In this document: in pieces, positions 9,721 through 19,598 of the stretch
Layout: the number at the start of each line of letters is the position of its first letter
How positions within the stretch are numbered: the first letter of the stretch is position 1
NCBI GenBank assembly: GCA_965203325.1
Contig: OZ241875.1
Span: forward strand, 192,001-256,000
DNA from: a bacterium
GTDB taxonomy: Bacteria > UBA8248
Length of the DNA stretch: 64,000 bases
Direction: 5' to 3'
The notes under the pieces: model-generated
What the model saw: the letters and a program-made list of their open reading frames with translations, nothing else
Database searches by the model: none
Told to the model about the DNA's origin: nothing
Position numbers and translations under genes: made by a program

Positions 9721-10665
9721 GTGACTGCCTCATCGAATTCCACCAAAAAGAAAAAAAGTTCCGGGCAGGGATTCAAGGACGTAGACGACGTTCAGGAATC
9801 GTTCCGGAATCTCGACTACATCTCCGACCGCACCCTGGCGACCACTCTCTTCCTGGCCACGAAACTGGAAAAACCCCTCTTCCTCGAAGGAGAGGCGGGC
9901 GTAGGAAAGACGGAACTCGCCAAGGTGCTTGCCAGCGCGATGGATACCGAGCTCATCCGCCTGCAATGCTACGAGGGTCTCGACGCGAACTCGGCTCTTT
10001 ATGAGTGGAACTACGCGAAGCAACTCCTCCACATCAAGATGGAGGAAGGCAGGGATTCGGACGCGAAGCAGATCGAGCGGGACATCTTCAGCGAGCAATA
10101 CCTGATTGAACGTCCCCTTCTTCGCGCGCTGTTGCGCTCGAAAGAAAAGCCGGTTGTCCTGCTCATCGACGAAATCGACCGCTCCGATGAAGAATTCGAG
10201 GCGTTCCTGCTGGAAATCCTCTCCGACTACCAGATCACGATTCCCGAGATGGGAACCGTCCAGGCGGCCAGCAGACCCCTGGTGGTGCTCACCAGCAACC
10301 GGACCCGCGAGATCCACGACGCCCTCAAGCGCCGCTGTCTGTATCTGTGGGTCGACTATCCCTCCTTCGAGAAAGAAGTGGAGATCATCACGACCAAGGT
10401 GCCCGGGGTCAGCGATCGGCTGGCGGAGCAAATTTCGCGCTTCATGACCCAGGCGAGGCAAATGGATTTCTACAAGCGCCCCGGCGTGGCCGAATCCCTC
10501 GATTGGGCGCAGGCGCTCCTCGCACTGCACCGCAATGAATTAGACGCCGACGCCGTGCGTGAGACCATCGGCTGCATCCTGAAATACCAGGACGACATCA
10601 AGCGCGTGGAGAGTGACGGTCTCGACAGCATGGTGGCGACGGCGCAGCTTGCGCCCGACGCCTGA
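9721..10665 (+). CDS. MoxR-family AAA+ ATPase (CoxD-like)
   Basis: GEAGVGKT, RLQCYEGLD, LLIDEIDR, LTSNRTRE, DALKRRC. Confidence 0.9.
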   Translation: MTASSNSTKKKKSSGQGFKDVDDVQESFRNLDYISDRTLATTLFLATKLEKPLFLEGEAGVGKTELAKVLASAMDTELIRLQCYEGLDANSALYEWNYAKQLLHIKMEEGRDSDAKQIERDIFSEQYLIERPLLRALLRSKEKPVVLLIDEIDRSDEEFEAFLLEILSDYQITIPEMGTVQAASRPLVVLTSNRTREIHDALKRRCLYLWVDYPSFEKEVEIITTKVPGVSDRLAEQISRFMTQARQMDFYKRPGVAESLDWAQALLALHRNELDADAVRETIGCILKYQDDIKRVESDGLDSMVATAQLAPDA

Positions 10666-10679
10666 TCCGGACAAACTTC

Positions 10680-11945
10680 ATGGCAACTTCCATTCGCCCC
10701 ATCGTTCAGGGCACCCTGCCCAAGCGCAGGATTCGCGTAAAAGGCCGGGGCCTCAAAGGCGAGATGATCGGCTTTTGCCGCATCCTCAGGCGCGCGGGTC
10801 TCAAGATAACCTCGGGCCGCATCATCGACGTCTTCCGCTGCTTCGATTCGCTCGACGCCACGAATCTCGACAACATCTACGTCGCCAGCAAGTCGAATCT
10901 CATCTCGAGCCAGGACGAGAGCATGATTTTCGACGCCGTGTTCCGGCAGTACTGGTTCGATGAGGAAGGAAATCCTTACTCGGGCGATGAATCGGTGCAG
11001 GTCGACACGCAGTTCGAGGAAGAGGGCGAAGGCCAGGCCAGCGAAGGGGGCGGCTCTTCGGAAGAAGGCGAGTCGGACGCCGAGGGCGAGGGGCAGGAAA
11101 ACCCCGGTCTTCCATCGGAAGACGACGTCGAAAGCGCCGCCGAACCCGGCGAGCAGGGAGACGACGACGAGGGCGTGCCCTCCTACAGCCCCGCCGAAGT
11201 CATATCGGACAAGGATTTCTCTTCGCTGAACATGGATCAGGTCGCCGAACTCAGGCGCCTCATCGCGAAGCTCGTTCCCAAGCTCGCCACCAAAATCAGC
11301 CGCCGCAAGCGGCCCGACATGCGCTCCCCCGAAATCGACATGAGGCGCAGCGTCAAGAGAAGCGTCCGCTCGGGCGGCGAGGTGCTAAAGCTCTTCCGCC
11401 GGAGGAGAAAGATACAAAAAACCCAGATCGTGCTCATCTGCGACGTATCGGGCTCGATGGACAGCTACAGCCAGTTTCTGATTCAATTCCTCTACAGCCT
11501 GCAGAACGAGATCAAATCGCTGCGCACGTTCGTCTTCAGCACGCGCCTTTCGGACGCCACGCCGTATCTGCGCCACAAGGACGTCAACACCGCTCTCAAG
11601 CGCCTATCCATGGAGGTGCACGACTGGAGCGGCGGTACGCAGATCGGCAACTGCCTCAAAACTTTTAATTACGAATACGGCAGGACCATCCTGAACAGCC
11701 GCACCATCGTCATCATCATATCGGACGGCTGGGACCGGGGCGATACGGATACGCTGGCGGAGGAAATGAACCGGCTCAAGAAAATCTGCTACAAGCTCTT
11801 CTGGCTCAATCCCTTGCTGGGCAGCCCCGGCTACCGCCCGATCGACAGGGGAATGCGAACGGCCCTGCCCTACTGCGATGAATTTCTGGCGGCCCACAAC
11901 CTCGACAGCCTGATCGACATGACGAACAAGATCGCGCGCATATAA
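10680..11945 (+). CDS. VWA-domain protein (CoxE-like)
   Basis: MIDAS motif DVSGSM, FSTRL, WSGGTQIG, ISDGWD, WLNPL; acidic linker; follows the CoxD-like ATPase. Confidence 0.9.
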   Translation: MATSIRPIVQGTLPKRRIRVKGRGLKGEMIGFCRILRRAGLKITSGRIIDVFRCFDSLDATNLDNIYVASKSNLISSQDESMIFDAVFRQYWFDEEGNPYSGDESVQVDTQFEEEGEGQASEGGGSSEEGESDAEGEGQENPGLPSEDDVESAAEPGEQGDDDEGVPSYSPAEVISDKDFSSLNMDQVAELRRLIAKLVPKLATKISRRKRPDMRSPEIDMRRSVKRSVRSGGEVLKLFRRRRKIQKTQIVLICDVSGSMDSYSQFLIQFLYSLQNEIKSLRTFVFSTRLSDATPYLRHKDVNTALKRLSMEVHDWSGGTQIGNCLKTFNYEYGRTILNSRTIVIIISDGWDRGDTDTLAEEMNRLKKICYKLFWLNPLLGSPGYRPIDRGMRTALPYCDEFLAAHNLDSLIDMTNKIARI

Positions 11946-12026
11946 CAACTCCTCTTTTCTTCTCACCTCATCTGGCTGTATAAACTGCACTTTTAATTGG
12001 CCCCCTATCGTGGGCAGGGAAAGAAA

Positions 12027-12689
12027 TTGGCGAATCTACTGATTTACACGGCGGACAACGGATTCGCGGACGCGCTCGGACGCGCCCTGCGGCGAGAGGG
12101 CCATTTCTGCAAAATGGTGCAGGACGAAACCACGGCCTTACAGGAAGTGCGCGCCAGGGGCCTGGCCCTCATCCTGCTCGATGACGCCCCCGCCCTGCCC
12201 AAGGTCGAGGAAATGCGGAACTGGACCACGCTGCCGATCCTTCTGCTCCTCGAGCCGGACCGCCTCGCCGTCGTTCGCACACCCACCGAAGCCGATGACA
12301 TTCTCGTAAAACCCGTCCGGGAAGAAGAGCTTTTATACCGCGTCCGAAATCTATGCCATCCCTCGGGCCAGGATTCAGAAGGTGCGCGCACCCTCAAGAG
12401 CAAGGGATTGACGCTCGATGAAAGCCGCTACGAAATCAGGCTCGACGGCGAGTTGATTGACCTGACGTACCGGGAATTCGAGCTTTTGAAGCACCTGATC
12501 AACAACCCCGAGCGCGTCTTCGACAGGGAACAGCTTCTGAACCTCGTCTGGGGAATCGACTACCTCGGAGGACCCCGGACGGTCGACGTTCACGTTCGCC
12601 GCATTCGCTCAAAAATCGAGGTCAGGGGATATTCGTTTATTTCGACGGTGCGGGGAGTCGGGTACAAGTTTATCGGAGAATCTTCGTGA
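12027..12689 (+). CDS. OmpR-family orphan response regulator, GlnR-like
   Basis: wHTH domain LTYREFELL...VWGIDYLGGPRTVDVHVRRIRSK; degenerate receiver domain; no kinase nearby; directly upstream of glnA. TTG start inferred. Confidence 0.8.
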   Translation: MANLLIYTADNGFADALGRALRREGHFCKMVQDETTALQEVRARGLALILLDDAPALPKVEEMRNWTTLPILLLLEPDRLAVVRTPTEADDILVKPVREEELLYRVRNLCHPSGQDSEGARTLKSKGLTLDESRYEIRLDGELIDLTYREFELLKHLINNPERVFDREQLLNLVWGIDYLGGPRTVDVHVRRIRSKIEVRGYSFISTVRGVGYKFIGESS

Positions 12690-12736
12690 CGCCTGATATC
12701 CTGCATTTCTTCGGAACGATGAAAAACCGGCGGCAC

Positions 12737-12752
12737 GAAACCGGCGCGAAAC
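12737..12752 (+). promoter_or_regulatory. GAAAC-N6-GAAAC direct repeat upstream of glnA (GlnR-box-like)
   Basis: gaaac-cggcgc-gaaac with 11-bp periodicity, about 60 bp before the glnA ATG. Confidence 0.4.
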
Positions 12753-12810
12753 ATTCACGATATAGGCTGATTGTCCTTGTCGGGAACACCGGCTTTTACT
12801 GGAGTTCATA

Positions 12811-14157
12811 ATGCCTGACGCATTTGATGATAAAGACCGCGATTTCGTAATCAACCAGGCCCGCGAACTCGGCGTGCGTTTCATCCGCATGTGGTTCACC
12901 GACATCCTGGGCTTCCTCAAGAGTTTCGCCATCACCATAGAAGAGCTCGAAAACGCGCTCTACGAGGGACATCTTTTCGATGGGGCCGCCATAGAGGGCT
13001 TCGCGCGCATCGAGGAGAGCGACATGTTCGCCCACCCCGATCCGACGACGTTCTGCGTGCTGCCCTGGCGTCCGCAGGACGGCGGGGCCGTCGCGAGAAT
13101 GTTCTGCGACATCAAGGACCCGGACGGCAACCCCTACGAGAGCGACCCGCGATACGTGCTCAGACGAACGCTCCAGAGTGCGGCAAAAAAGGGATTTACG
13201 TTTTATGCGGGCGTGGAATACGAGCACTACTACTTCAAGTCCCCTGAACTGCCGATCGAAACGCTCGACCAGGGCGGGTACTTCGACCTCACGCCCCTCG
13301 ACATCGCAAGCGACCTGAGGCGCGAGACCGTTCTGAACCTCGAAAAAATGGGGATCGGGGTCGAATACAGCCATCACGAAGTCGGGCCCAGCCAGCACGA
13401 AATCGATTTGCGCTATGGCGATGCGCTCACCATGGCGGACAACGCGATGACCTATCGGCTCGTCGTCAAGGAAGTCGCCATGCGGCACGGCGTCTACGCC
13501 ACTTTCATGCCGAAACCCTTGTCCGAAGAAAACGGAAACGGCATGCACACCCACCTCTCCCTGTTCCAGGGTTCGGAAAACGCATTCCACGACCCGGAAA
13601 AGCCCGGCGGCCTTTCGGATACGTGCCAGGCGTTCATCGCCGGCCTGTTGAAATACGTGCCCGAGATGACGCTCGTCCTCAACCAATGGGTGAACAGCTA
13701 CAAACGACTCGTGCCCGGTTTCGAGGCGCCCGCCTACGTTACGTGGGCGCACAAGAGCCGCAGCGATCTGATCCGCATCCCCAGCACGCGCAAGGGCATG
13801 GAATCCGACACGCGAATCGAGTTGCGCTCGCCGGATTCGGCGTGCAATCCCTATCTGGCGTTCGCCTGCATGCTGGCGGCCGGAATGGCGGGAATCGAAG
13901 AGGGCCTGACCCCGGCCCCTGCAGTAGAAGAGAACGTGTTCGAGATGAGCGAGGAGAGCCGCAAAAAACAAGGCATCAAAAGCCTGCCTGGGAACCTGCG
14001 GGAGGCCACGATGCTGGCCGAGCAGAGTGATTTCCTGAAAGGCGTGTTCGGAAACCAGTTGTTCGATAAATTCATCGAGAACAAAAAACTCGAATGGGCG
14101 CCCTACCGCGCCCACGTCTCGGATTTCGAACTCAACAAATATCTCTCGATTCTCTAA
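12811..14157 (+). CDS. glnA: Glutamine synthetase type I
   Basis: FDGAAIEGF, ESDM, HHEVGPSQHEI, ATFMPKP, NGNGMHTHLS, NSYKRLVPGFEAP, RIELRSPD, NPYLA. Confidence 0.93.
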   Translation: MPDAFDDKDRDFVINQARELGVRFIRMWFTDILGFLKSFAITIEELENALYEGHLFDGAAIEGFARIEESDMFAHPDPTTFCVLPWRPQDGGAVARMFCDIKDPDGNPYESDPRYVLRRTLQSAAKKGFTFYAGVEYEHYYFKSPELPIETLDQGGYFDLTPLDIASDLRRETVLNLEKMGIGVEYSHHEVGPSQHEIDLRYGDALTMADNAMTYRLVVKEVAMRHGVYATFMPKPLSEENGNGMHTHLSLFQGSENAFHDPEKPGGLSDTCQAFIAGLLKYVPEMTLVLNQWVNSYKRLVPGFEAPAYVTWAHKSRSDLIRIPSTRKGMESDTRIELRSPDSACNPYLAFACMLAAGMAGIEEGLTPAPAVEENVFEMSEESRKKQGIKSLPGNLREATMLAEQSDFLKGVFGNQLFDKFIENKKLEWAPYRAHVSDFELNKYLSIL

Positions 14158-14202
14158 AGGCAGCCTTCCCTCTCAAAAAATGAAGCGAGGAAATATGGCG
14201 CG

Positions 14203-14532
14203 CTAGTCGGCGCAACTCTCCGCCAGCCATTCGAGATAAGACACGCTGCCCTTGTCGACCGCTATGGCCAGCACTTCGGGCACGTCGTAGCTGTGGATTT
14301 GCGCCAGGTGACCGGAGAGGGCCCCCAATTTATCCTGCGTGGTCTTCATGATGAGCAGGACTTCCGCATCATCCTGAACCTCTCCCTCCCATCGGTAGAG
14401 GCTGCGGATTTTCGGGACCAGATTCACGCAGGCGCACAGCTTGCGCTCGATCAATGATTTCGCAATCTGAGCGCCCTCCTCTTCGGAACCTGCCGTGCTC
14501 AACACGATCCGGAACGCCCGCCCATCCTTCAC
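14203..14532 (-). CDS. cutA: Divalent-cation tolerance protein CutA
   Basis: LCACVN, SLYRWEG, HSYDVPE, YLEW. Confidence 0.92.
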   Translation of the reverse strand: MKDGRAFRIVLSTAGSEEEGAQIAKSLIERKLCACVNLVPKIRSLYRWEGEVQDDAEVLLIMKTTQDKLGALSGHLAQIHSYDVPEVLAIAVDKGSVSYLEWLAESCAD

Positions 14533-14542
14533 TGCCTTCTCC

Positions 14543-15499
14543 TCATGCGCCCAGTATCTTCTCGGCCGCGCTGTAGGGGTCTATTCTTCGCGAGGCGACG
14601 GCGTCCAAGAGTTCATCCAGCTCCCGCCCGCCCCTCACGCCATCTCCCATGCGCTCCACCGCGAGTTCCTTCATCACCTCTGCGAGCGTGATGCGGGCGC
14701 GCTCGCGCCCCAGGCGTCCGGCTTCATCGGGATGTTCCTGTAAAAAGGCCATGCGCGCCTCGATCTGCTCGGCCAATTCTTCCGTCCCCTCACCCGTGAG
14801 CGCTTCCGTTTTCAGCACGGGAGGCCTCCAGGAACCCGCCTCGCCGGGATGAAACTTGAAGTCCAGCATTTCCTCGATCTCCTTCACCGTGCGGTCCGCA
14901 CCATCCCGCTTCGCCTTGTTTACCACGAAAATATCGCCGATTTCGAGGATGCCCGCCTTCGCCGCCTGGATATGGTCCCCGCCACCGGGCGTCTGGAGCA
15001 AAACGACCACGTCCGCGCATTGCATGATGTTCACCTCGCCCTGCCCGACGCCGACGGTTTCGAGTATCACGACGTCCCAGCCCATGGCGTCCATGACGCA
15101 AAGCGCGTCTCCCGTCGCACGGGCGAGCCCGCCCAGATGGCCGCGCGTGGCCATGCTGCGAATAAAAACTTTCGGGTCCGTGCTGTGCCTGCCCATCCGG
15201 ATGCGGTCGCCCAGAATCGCGCCGCCCGTGAACGGACTCGTCGGGTCCACGGCGATAACGCATATTCTTTTGTCCTGGGCGCGATAATGGGCGATCAGTT
15301 GATCGGAAAGCGTGCTCTTGCCCGCACCGGGAGGGCCCGTGATGCCGATGACCAGACTTTTTCCGCCTTTCAGATACAGTTCCTGCAGAATGGGTTTCGC
15401 ACGCGGGTCGTTGTCTTCCACCAACGTGATGAGCCTGGCGGCGGGTCGAACCATCCCGTCCAGGATATGAGAGATTTGAATTTTATTTCTATTATTCAT
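14543..15499 (-). CDS. meaB: Methylmalonyl-CoA mutase-associated GTPase MeaB/ArgK
   Basis: GITGPPGAGKST, AVDPTSPFTGGAILGDRIRM, FIRSMATRG, ETVGVGQ, VVNK. Confidence 0.92.
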   Translation of the reverse strand: MNNRNKIQISHILDGMVRPAARLITLVEDNDPRAKPILQELYLKGGKSLVIGITGPPGAGKSTLSDQLIAHYRAQDKRICVIAVDPTSPFTGGAILGDRIRMGRHSTDPKVFIRSMATRGHLGGLARATGDALCVMDAMGWDVVILETVGVGQGEVNIMQCADVVVLLQTPGGGDHIQAAKAGILEIGDIFVVNKAKRDGADRTVKEIEEMLDFKFHPGEAGSWRPPVLKTEALTGEGTEELAEQIEARMAFLQEHPDEAGRLGRERARITLAEVMKELAVERMGDGVRGGRELDELLDAVASRRIDPYSAAEKILGA

Positions 15500-15563
15500 A
15501 TTTATTATTAAACAGAAGGTTATGGGCGTATTATCAAGTCGTTTCTATGCAATATTTCGGCCT

Positions 15564-16706
15564 TCAGGAATCGAAGAGATACCGGCATACGAGATTTCGG
15601 TGCACCTCGCTCGTGCCTTCCCCGAGCGTAAACACCCGGGCGTCGCGCCAGAACATCCCCGCCGGCGTTTCCGCGATATAGCCATACCCGCCATGAATCT
15701 GTATCCCTCTATCGCATACGCGAAGACACGCCTCCGAGGCGAACAGTTTCGCCATGGCCACCTCTTCCCTGTTGTCGCCTCCCGCGTCGCGGATTTTCGC
15801 TGCTGCTACGACCATCTCGCGCGCGGTGGCGATGTCGATGGCGCTCTCGGCCATCAGCCCTTTCAAACCGGCGAAATCGGAGACAGGTCTTCCGAACGCC
15901 TCGCGCTTCCTGGCATGGGATGCCGCCGCATCAAGCGACGCCTGAGCGATGCCGACGCACATCGCGCCCAGCACGACCCTCCCGTCGTTCAGAACCCCCA
16001 TCGCCTGCCGCAGGCCGGCCCCTTCTTCTCCGATGAGGCGCTCCGCCGGAACCTCGCAGTTCTCAAAGAAGATTTCCGCCGTGCCCGCCGAACGCATCCC
16101 GAGAGTCTGCGCAAGCGGGACGCTTTTTCGCCCCTCATCTCCCTTTTCAATCAAAAATGCGCTGATCCCGTCTTTTCCCTCCCCCGTGCGTGCAAAGATA
16201 ACCAAACTCTCGAAATCCATCCCTTGCGTGACGAACATCTTCGCACCGTTGATGACGTAGGCATCCCCTTCCCTCCTGGCCTCGCACTCGAGAGCCGCCG
16301 CATGACTGCCCGCGACCCGCTCGGTGATCGCCCATGCGCCTACGGCTCCTTTGGTGATTTGGGGAATGCAGCTATTTTTCTGCGCATCCGAACCATGATG
16401 CAGCAAATGGCCCCCGCACAGGCCCGCCGAGATGCTGATAGTGAGGGCGAAACTCGGGTCGCCACCGGCGAGTTCCTCCAAGACGAGGCATTCGTCGAAC
16501 AAACCGAGGCCGAGGCCACCCAGGTTCTCGGGTATTTTAAGGCCGATAAACCCCGCCGCCGCCTCCTGGTACAACTCGAAGGAAAACGTACCCGAAAGAT
16601 CGCGCTCCAGGGCGCCGGGGGCGAGTTTCTGTTGGGCAAACTCCCGGGCTTCTGCCTGGAGGGCTGTTTCTTGTTCCGTTAGTTCCGTGTGCGTGGTGAT
16701 TGACAA
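15564..16706 (-). CDS. Acyl-CoA dehydrogenase
   Basis: WAITERVAGS, INGAKMFVT, REAFGRP, AMAKL, IQIHGGYGY, EGTSEV. Confidence 0.92.
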   Translation of the reverse strand: MSITTHTELTEQETALQAEAREFAQQKLAPGALERDLSGTFSFELYQEAAAGFIGLKIPENLGGLGLGLFDECLVLEELAGGDPSFALTISISAGLCGGHLLHHGSDAQKNSCIPQITKGAVGAWAITERVAGSHAAALECEARREGDAYVINGAKMFVTQGMDFESLVIFARTGEGKDGISAFLIEKGDEGRKSVPLAQTLGMRSAGTAEIFFENCEVPAERLIGEEGAGLRQAMGVLNDGRVVLGAMCVGIAQASLDAAASHARKREAFGRPVSDFAGLKGLMAESAIDIATAREMVVAAAKIRDAGGDNREEVAMAKLFASEACLRVCDRGIQIHGGYGYIAETPAGMFWRDARVFTLGEGTSEVHRNLVCRYLFDS

Positions 16707-16711
16707 GCTCG

Positions 16712-17701
16712 CTATCCTCCGTCCGCTTCGAGCGCCGGTATGATCTCTTCGCCCAGAAGGGTCAGCCTGTGGGGGTTGGTATCCAGGTCAGGGACGGTGA
16801 CAAGAATGTGGTCCACGCCCGCTTTGGGATATTCCTTGAGACGCGCGACGCAATCATCGGGCGTTCCGTAGACGCTTCCTGATTCCGGGATGACGCTCAG
16901 CTTCTCACGAGCCGCCACGGCGGCCGCCCTGTCTTTTTCGGGAATCACCATGACCATGAGAGACGCCCTTATCGCGTCGGGGTCCCTGCCCGCCTTTTTG
17001 CATTCCGCCTCGATCTCGGGTCTTTTCTCCAGAAACTGCTCGGGCGTCCACCAGCGGCAGTTGTAGCCGTCCGCCTGGCGCGCTGAAACACCCAGCAGTT
17101 TTGGACCCTCGCCTCCCGTCCAGATCGGCGGGTGCGGCTTTTGCACCGGCGGCGGGTCGCAAACCCCGTTTTGGATCTGGAAATACCCGCCTTCGAAACG
17201 GGGGGCGGATTCGGTCCACATCGCGCGAATCAGTTGAATGGCCTCTTCCAATTGCCCGATGCGCACGGCGGCACTCGGATAGGGATACCCGAAAGAATGA
17301 TATTCGTTTTCAATCCAGCCCGCGCCAATCCCAAAATCCACCCGGCCCTTGCTGATGACGTCGACGGTGGCCGCCGTCTTCGCCAGCATGGCCGGCGGGC
17401 GGTATCCCACGCACGACACCAGCGTGCCCAGACGCAAGCGTTCGGTGTCACGCGCCAAGGCGGCGAGAGTCGTCCAGGGCTCCAGAATCGCGGTATCGGC
17501 GGATTGTTCTTTTTCGTCCTGAACGCCGAAGCTCGTTAGGTTTCCATAGGTGGCGGGATCGAGCGTCACGAAATGGTCGCAATGCCAGAGAGAACCGATG
17601 CCGAGCCTCTCCGATTCCCGGGCGATTTCTCGCAACTTATCGTAGTCGCCGATATACGTGCCCTTGAGCGTCAGGGCCACGATGATGCCGACTTCCACCA
17701 T
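16712..17701 (-). CDS. LLM-class (luciferase-like, possibly F420-dependent) oxidoreductase
   Basis: LWHCDHF, EPWTTLAALA, RLGTLV, GIGAGW, PPPVQKPHPPIW. Confidence 0.88.
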   Translation of the reverse strand: MVEVGIIVALTLKGTYIGDYDKLREIARESERLGIGSLWHCDHFVTLDPATYGNLTSFGVQDEKEQSADTAILEPWTTLAALARDTERLRLGTLVSCVGYRPPAMLAKTAATVDVISKGRVDFGIGAGWIENEYHSFGYPYPSAAVRIGQLEEAIQLIRAMWTESAPRFEGGYFQIQNGVCDPPPVQKPHPPIWTGGEGPKLLGVSARQADGYNCRWWTPEQFLEKRPEIEAECKKAGRDPDAIRASLMVMVIPEKDRAAAVAAREKLSVIPESGSVYGTPDDCVARLKEYPKAGVDHILVTVPDLDTNPHRLTLLGEEIIPALEADGG

Positions 17702-17825
17702 GGTGCGCCTTTCTTGCATGGGAATGCATGAAAAAACCGTTTTGTTCCCTCACCTTATCAGCATTGCGAGCGAGAAACGAGGGAGACCCGCATGCTCCTG
17801 TCCGCATCGCTCCGCCGTTGAAACC

Positions 17826-18707
17826 CTATTTGCCCAAAACGACGCCGACCGCGCCGATGACGGACAAGAGACCACCCATGACGACGCGCAGGTTCACCGC
17901 CTCCTGTTTTCTGAAAAACACCCATGACAGAAAAATGATGAGCAGCACCGAGAGGCGGTTCAGGGGGATGATCTGAACGATCTCCCCCGTTTTTATGGAC
18001 GACCAGAAGAAAAAAGCGGCCATCGCGTTCAGGCAAGCGCCGCCCAAAACGGCCAGGAGCCCTTTTCTGTCCCAGGATTTGGGCGCCCTCCCCTCCACGG
18101 ACAAAGGCAGGACAAACAGCGCGAGGCAGAACGCCGTCATGCTGCCGGCCGTCATCCCCAGCGAGGCGGATTTGATGATCTGCAGCCCGAATTTTCCGAA
18201 TACGTGCGTCATCGCGAACAAAACGGCCGTTCCCAAAGGGACCAGGTAATAAAACAAGGGAATGCGCCTTTGAACCTCGCCCTTTTCATAGACCAGCAGA
18301 ATCGACCCCGCCAAGATGGTCAGCGTTCCGAGCGCGATGAGCCACGTCATCCGCTCGCCCGCGAAAGCCACCGCAAACAACGACGCCCACACGAGGCTGG
18401 TCTGAGTGACGATCGAAGACCGCGCCAGCCCCACCAGCTTCATGCCGACGAGGCTGAGGTAACGTCCGATGAAGGAGCCGGATATGCCCATGGCGGCGAA
18501 CCAGAGGAGCCCCCCGAGCGGCCAATCCGCCACGCCGCCTTCCAGAAAATAGAACGTCGTGCCGAAGCACACCTGAACGGTGAGCATGAAGACGTTCATC
18601 ACGATCGGGCTCAGGCGCGCTACGCCTGCGCGGTACAGCGTGCGCGCGGAGGCGATGAAACAGGCGGCGATGAGCGCCAGGATGTTCGGGTGGATGAAGT
18701 CGACCAA
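17826..18707 (-). CDS. DMT/EamA family transporter
   Basis: Ten predicted TM segments in two EamA-like repeats; paralogue of the adjacent gene. Confidence 0.8.
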   Translation of the reverse strand: MVDFIHPNILALIAACFIASARTLYRAGVARLSPIVMNVFMLTVQVCFGTTFYFLEGGVADWPLGGLLWFAAMGISGSFIGRYLSLVGMKLVGLARSSIVTQTSLVWASLFAVAFAGERMTWLIALGTLTILAGSILLVYEKGEVQRRIPLFYYLVPLGTAVLFAMTHVFGKFGLQIIKSASLGMTAGSMTAFCLALFVLPLSVEGRAPKSWDRKGLLAVLGGACLNAMAAFFFWSSIKTGEIVQIIPLNRLSVLLIIFLSWVFFRKQEAVNLRVVMGGLLSVIGAVGVVLGK

Positions 18708-18710
18708 GGC

Positions 18711-19598
18711 TTACCTTCCCGTCACGGTAAAGAAGGCGCCCATCAGCGCGACCAGTGCGCCCAGGACGACGCGCCACGTCACGTTTTCCTGCTGCCGAAA
18801 CAACAGCCACGAGAGAAAGATGATCAACAAAACGGACAGGCGGGTTAGGGGGATGACGCGGGTGATCTCGCCTAGCTTCACCGAAGACCAGAAAAAGAAA
18901 ATACCGCATCCCTGAAGTGCGGCTCCCAGGAGAAGGACGAAAAACCCCTTGGTGTCGCCACCTGTACGCGGGTCTCCCTGGCTTTGTGCGAAGGGCGCCA
19001 TCCCCAGCAGGAGCGCGAGCGAGGTCGTGTTGGCGACCGCCATCCCGAAGGCGGAGGATGAAATCCACTCGAACGCGAATTTTCCCACCAGATGCGCGAA
19101 TGCGTACATGAGCGCGGACGCGATGGGGAGCGCATAGTAGTGAAGCGGTATCCTGCGTCCGATGTCCCCCTTGGGATTGTAGACGAGCAGGCTCGCCCCG
19201 CACATGACGCCCAGAATTCCGGCCGCTTTCTGAAGAGACATGTCCTCCCCCAATATGAAAACGGCGAGAACCGACGACCACACCAGGACGGTCTGGCTCA
19301 TGACCGACGCGCGCGCCAGGCCGGTATAGCGGATGGCGGTGAAGTTGATGTATCTGCCCAGAAAACTCCCGAAAAAACCCATGGCCATGAACCAGAAAAC
19401 GCCCTGATAAGGCATCTGGTCGAGCGGCCCCTCCACCCAGAAGAAAAACCACCCGAGAGTGGTCGTCACGCACGCCATCACCAGATTGGCCATGTGCATT
19501 TTCATGCGCGGAATCGCATAGCGCTGCGAAACGCGGGCGAAGGCGATGAGCGCGGCGCAGCAGAGCGCTAAAATATTGGGATGAATGGCATCAAGCAA
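18711..19598 (-). CDS. DMT/EamA family transporter
   Basis: Same architecture; shares IHPNILAL, GRY..F, FFFWSS and RLSVLLIIFLSW with its neighbour. Confidence 0.8.
   Translation of the reverse strand: MLDAIHPNILALCCAALIAFARVSQRYAIPRMKMHMANLVMACVTTTLGWFFFWVEGPLDQMPYQGVFWFMAMGFFGSFLGRYINFTAIRYTGLARASVMSQTVLVWSSVLAVFILGEDMSLQKAAGILGVMCGASLLVYNPKGDIGRRIPLHYYALPIASALMYAFAHLVGKFAFEWISSSAFGMAVANTTSLALLLGMAPFAQSQGDPRTGGDTKGFFVLLLGAALQGCGIFFFWSSVKLGEITRVIPLTRLSVLLIIFLSWLLFRQQENVTWRVVLGALVALMGAFFTVTGR

Noticed and set aside
11010..11180. Acidic low-complexity stretch in the VWA protein as a novel repeat
   Set aside because: It is a typical disordered linker of CoxE-like VWA proteins, with no true tandem periodicity.
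8259..11945. Aerobic CO dehydrogenase operon
   Set aside because: No coxL is present here, and the only large subunit in the window has AMRGIG, not the form I AYxCSFR motif.
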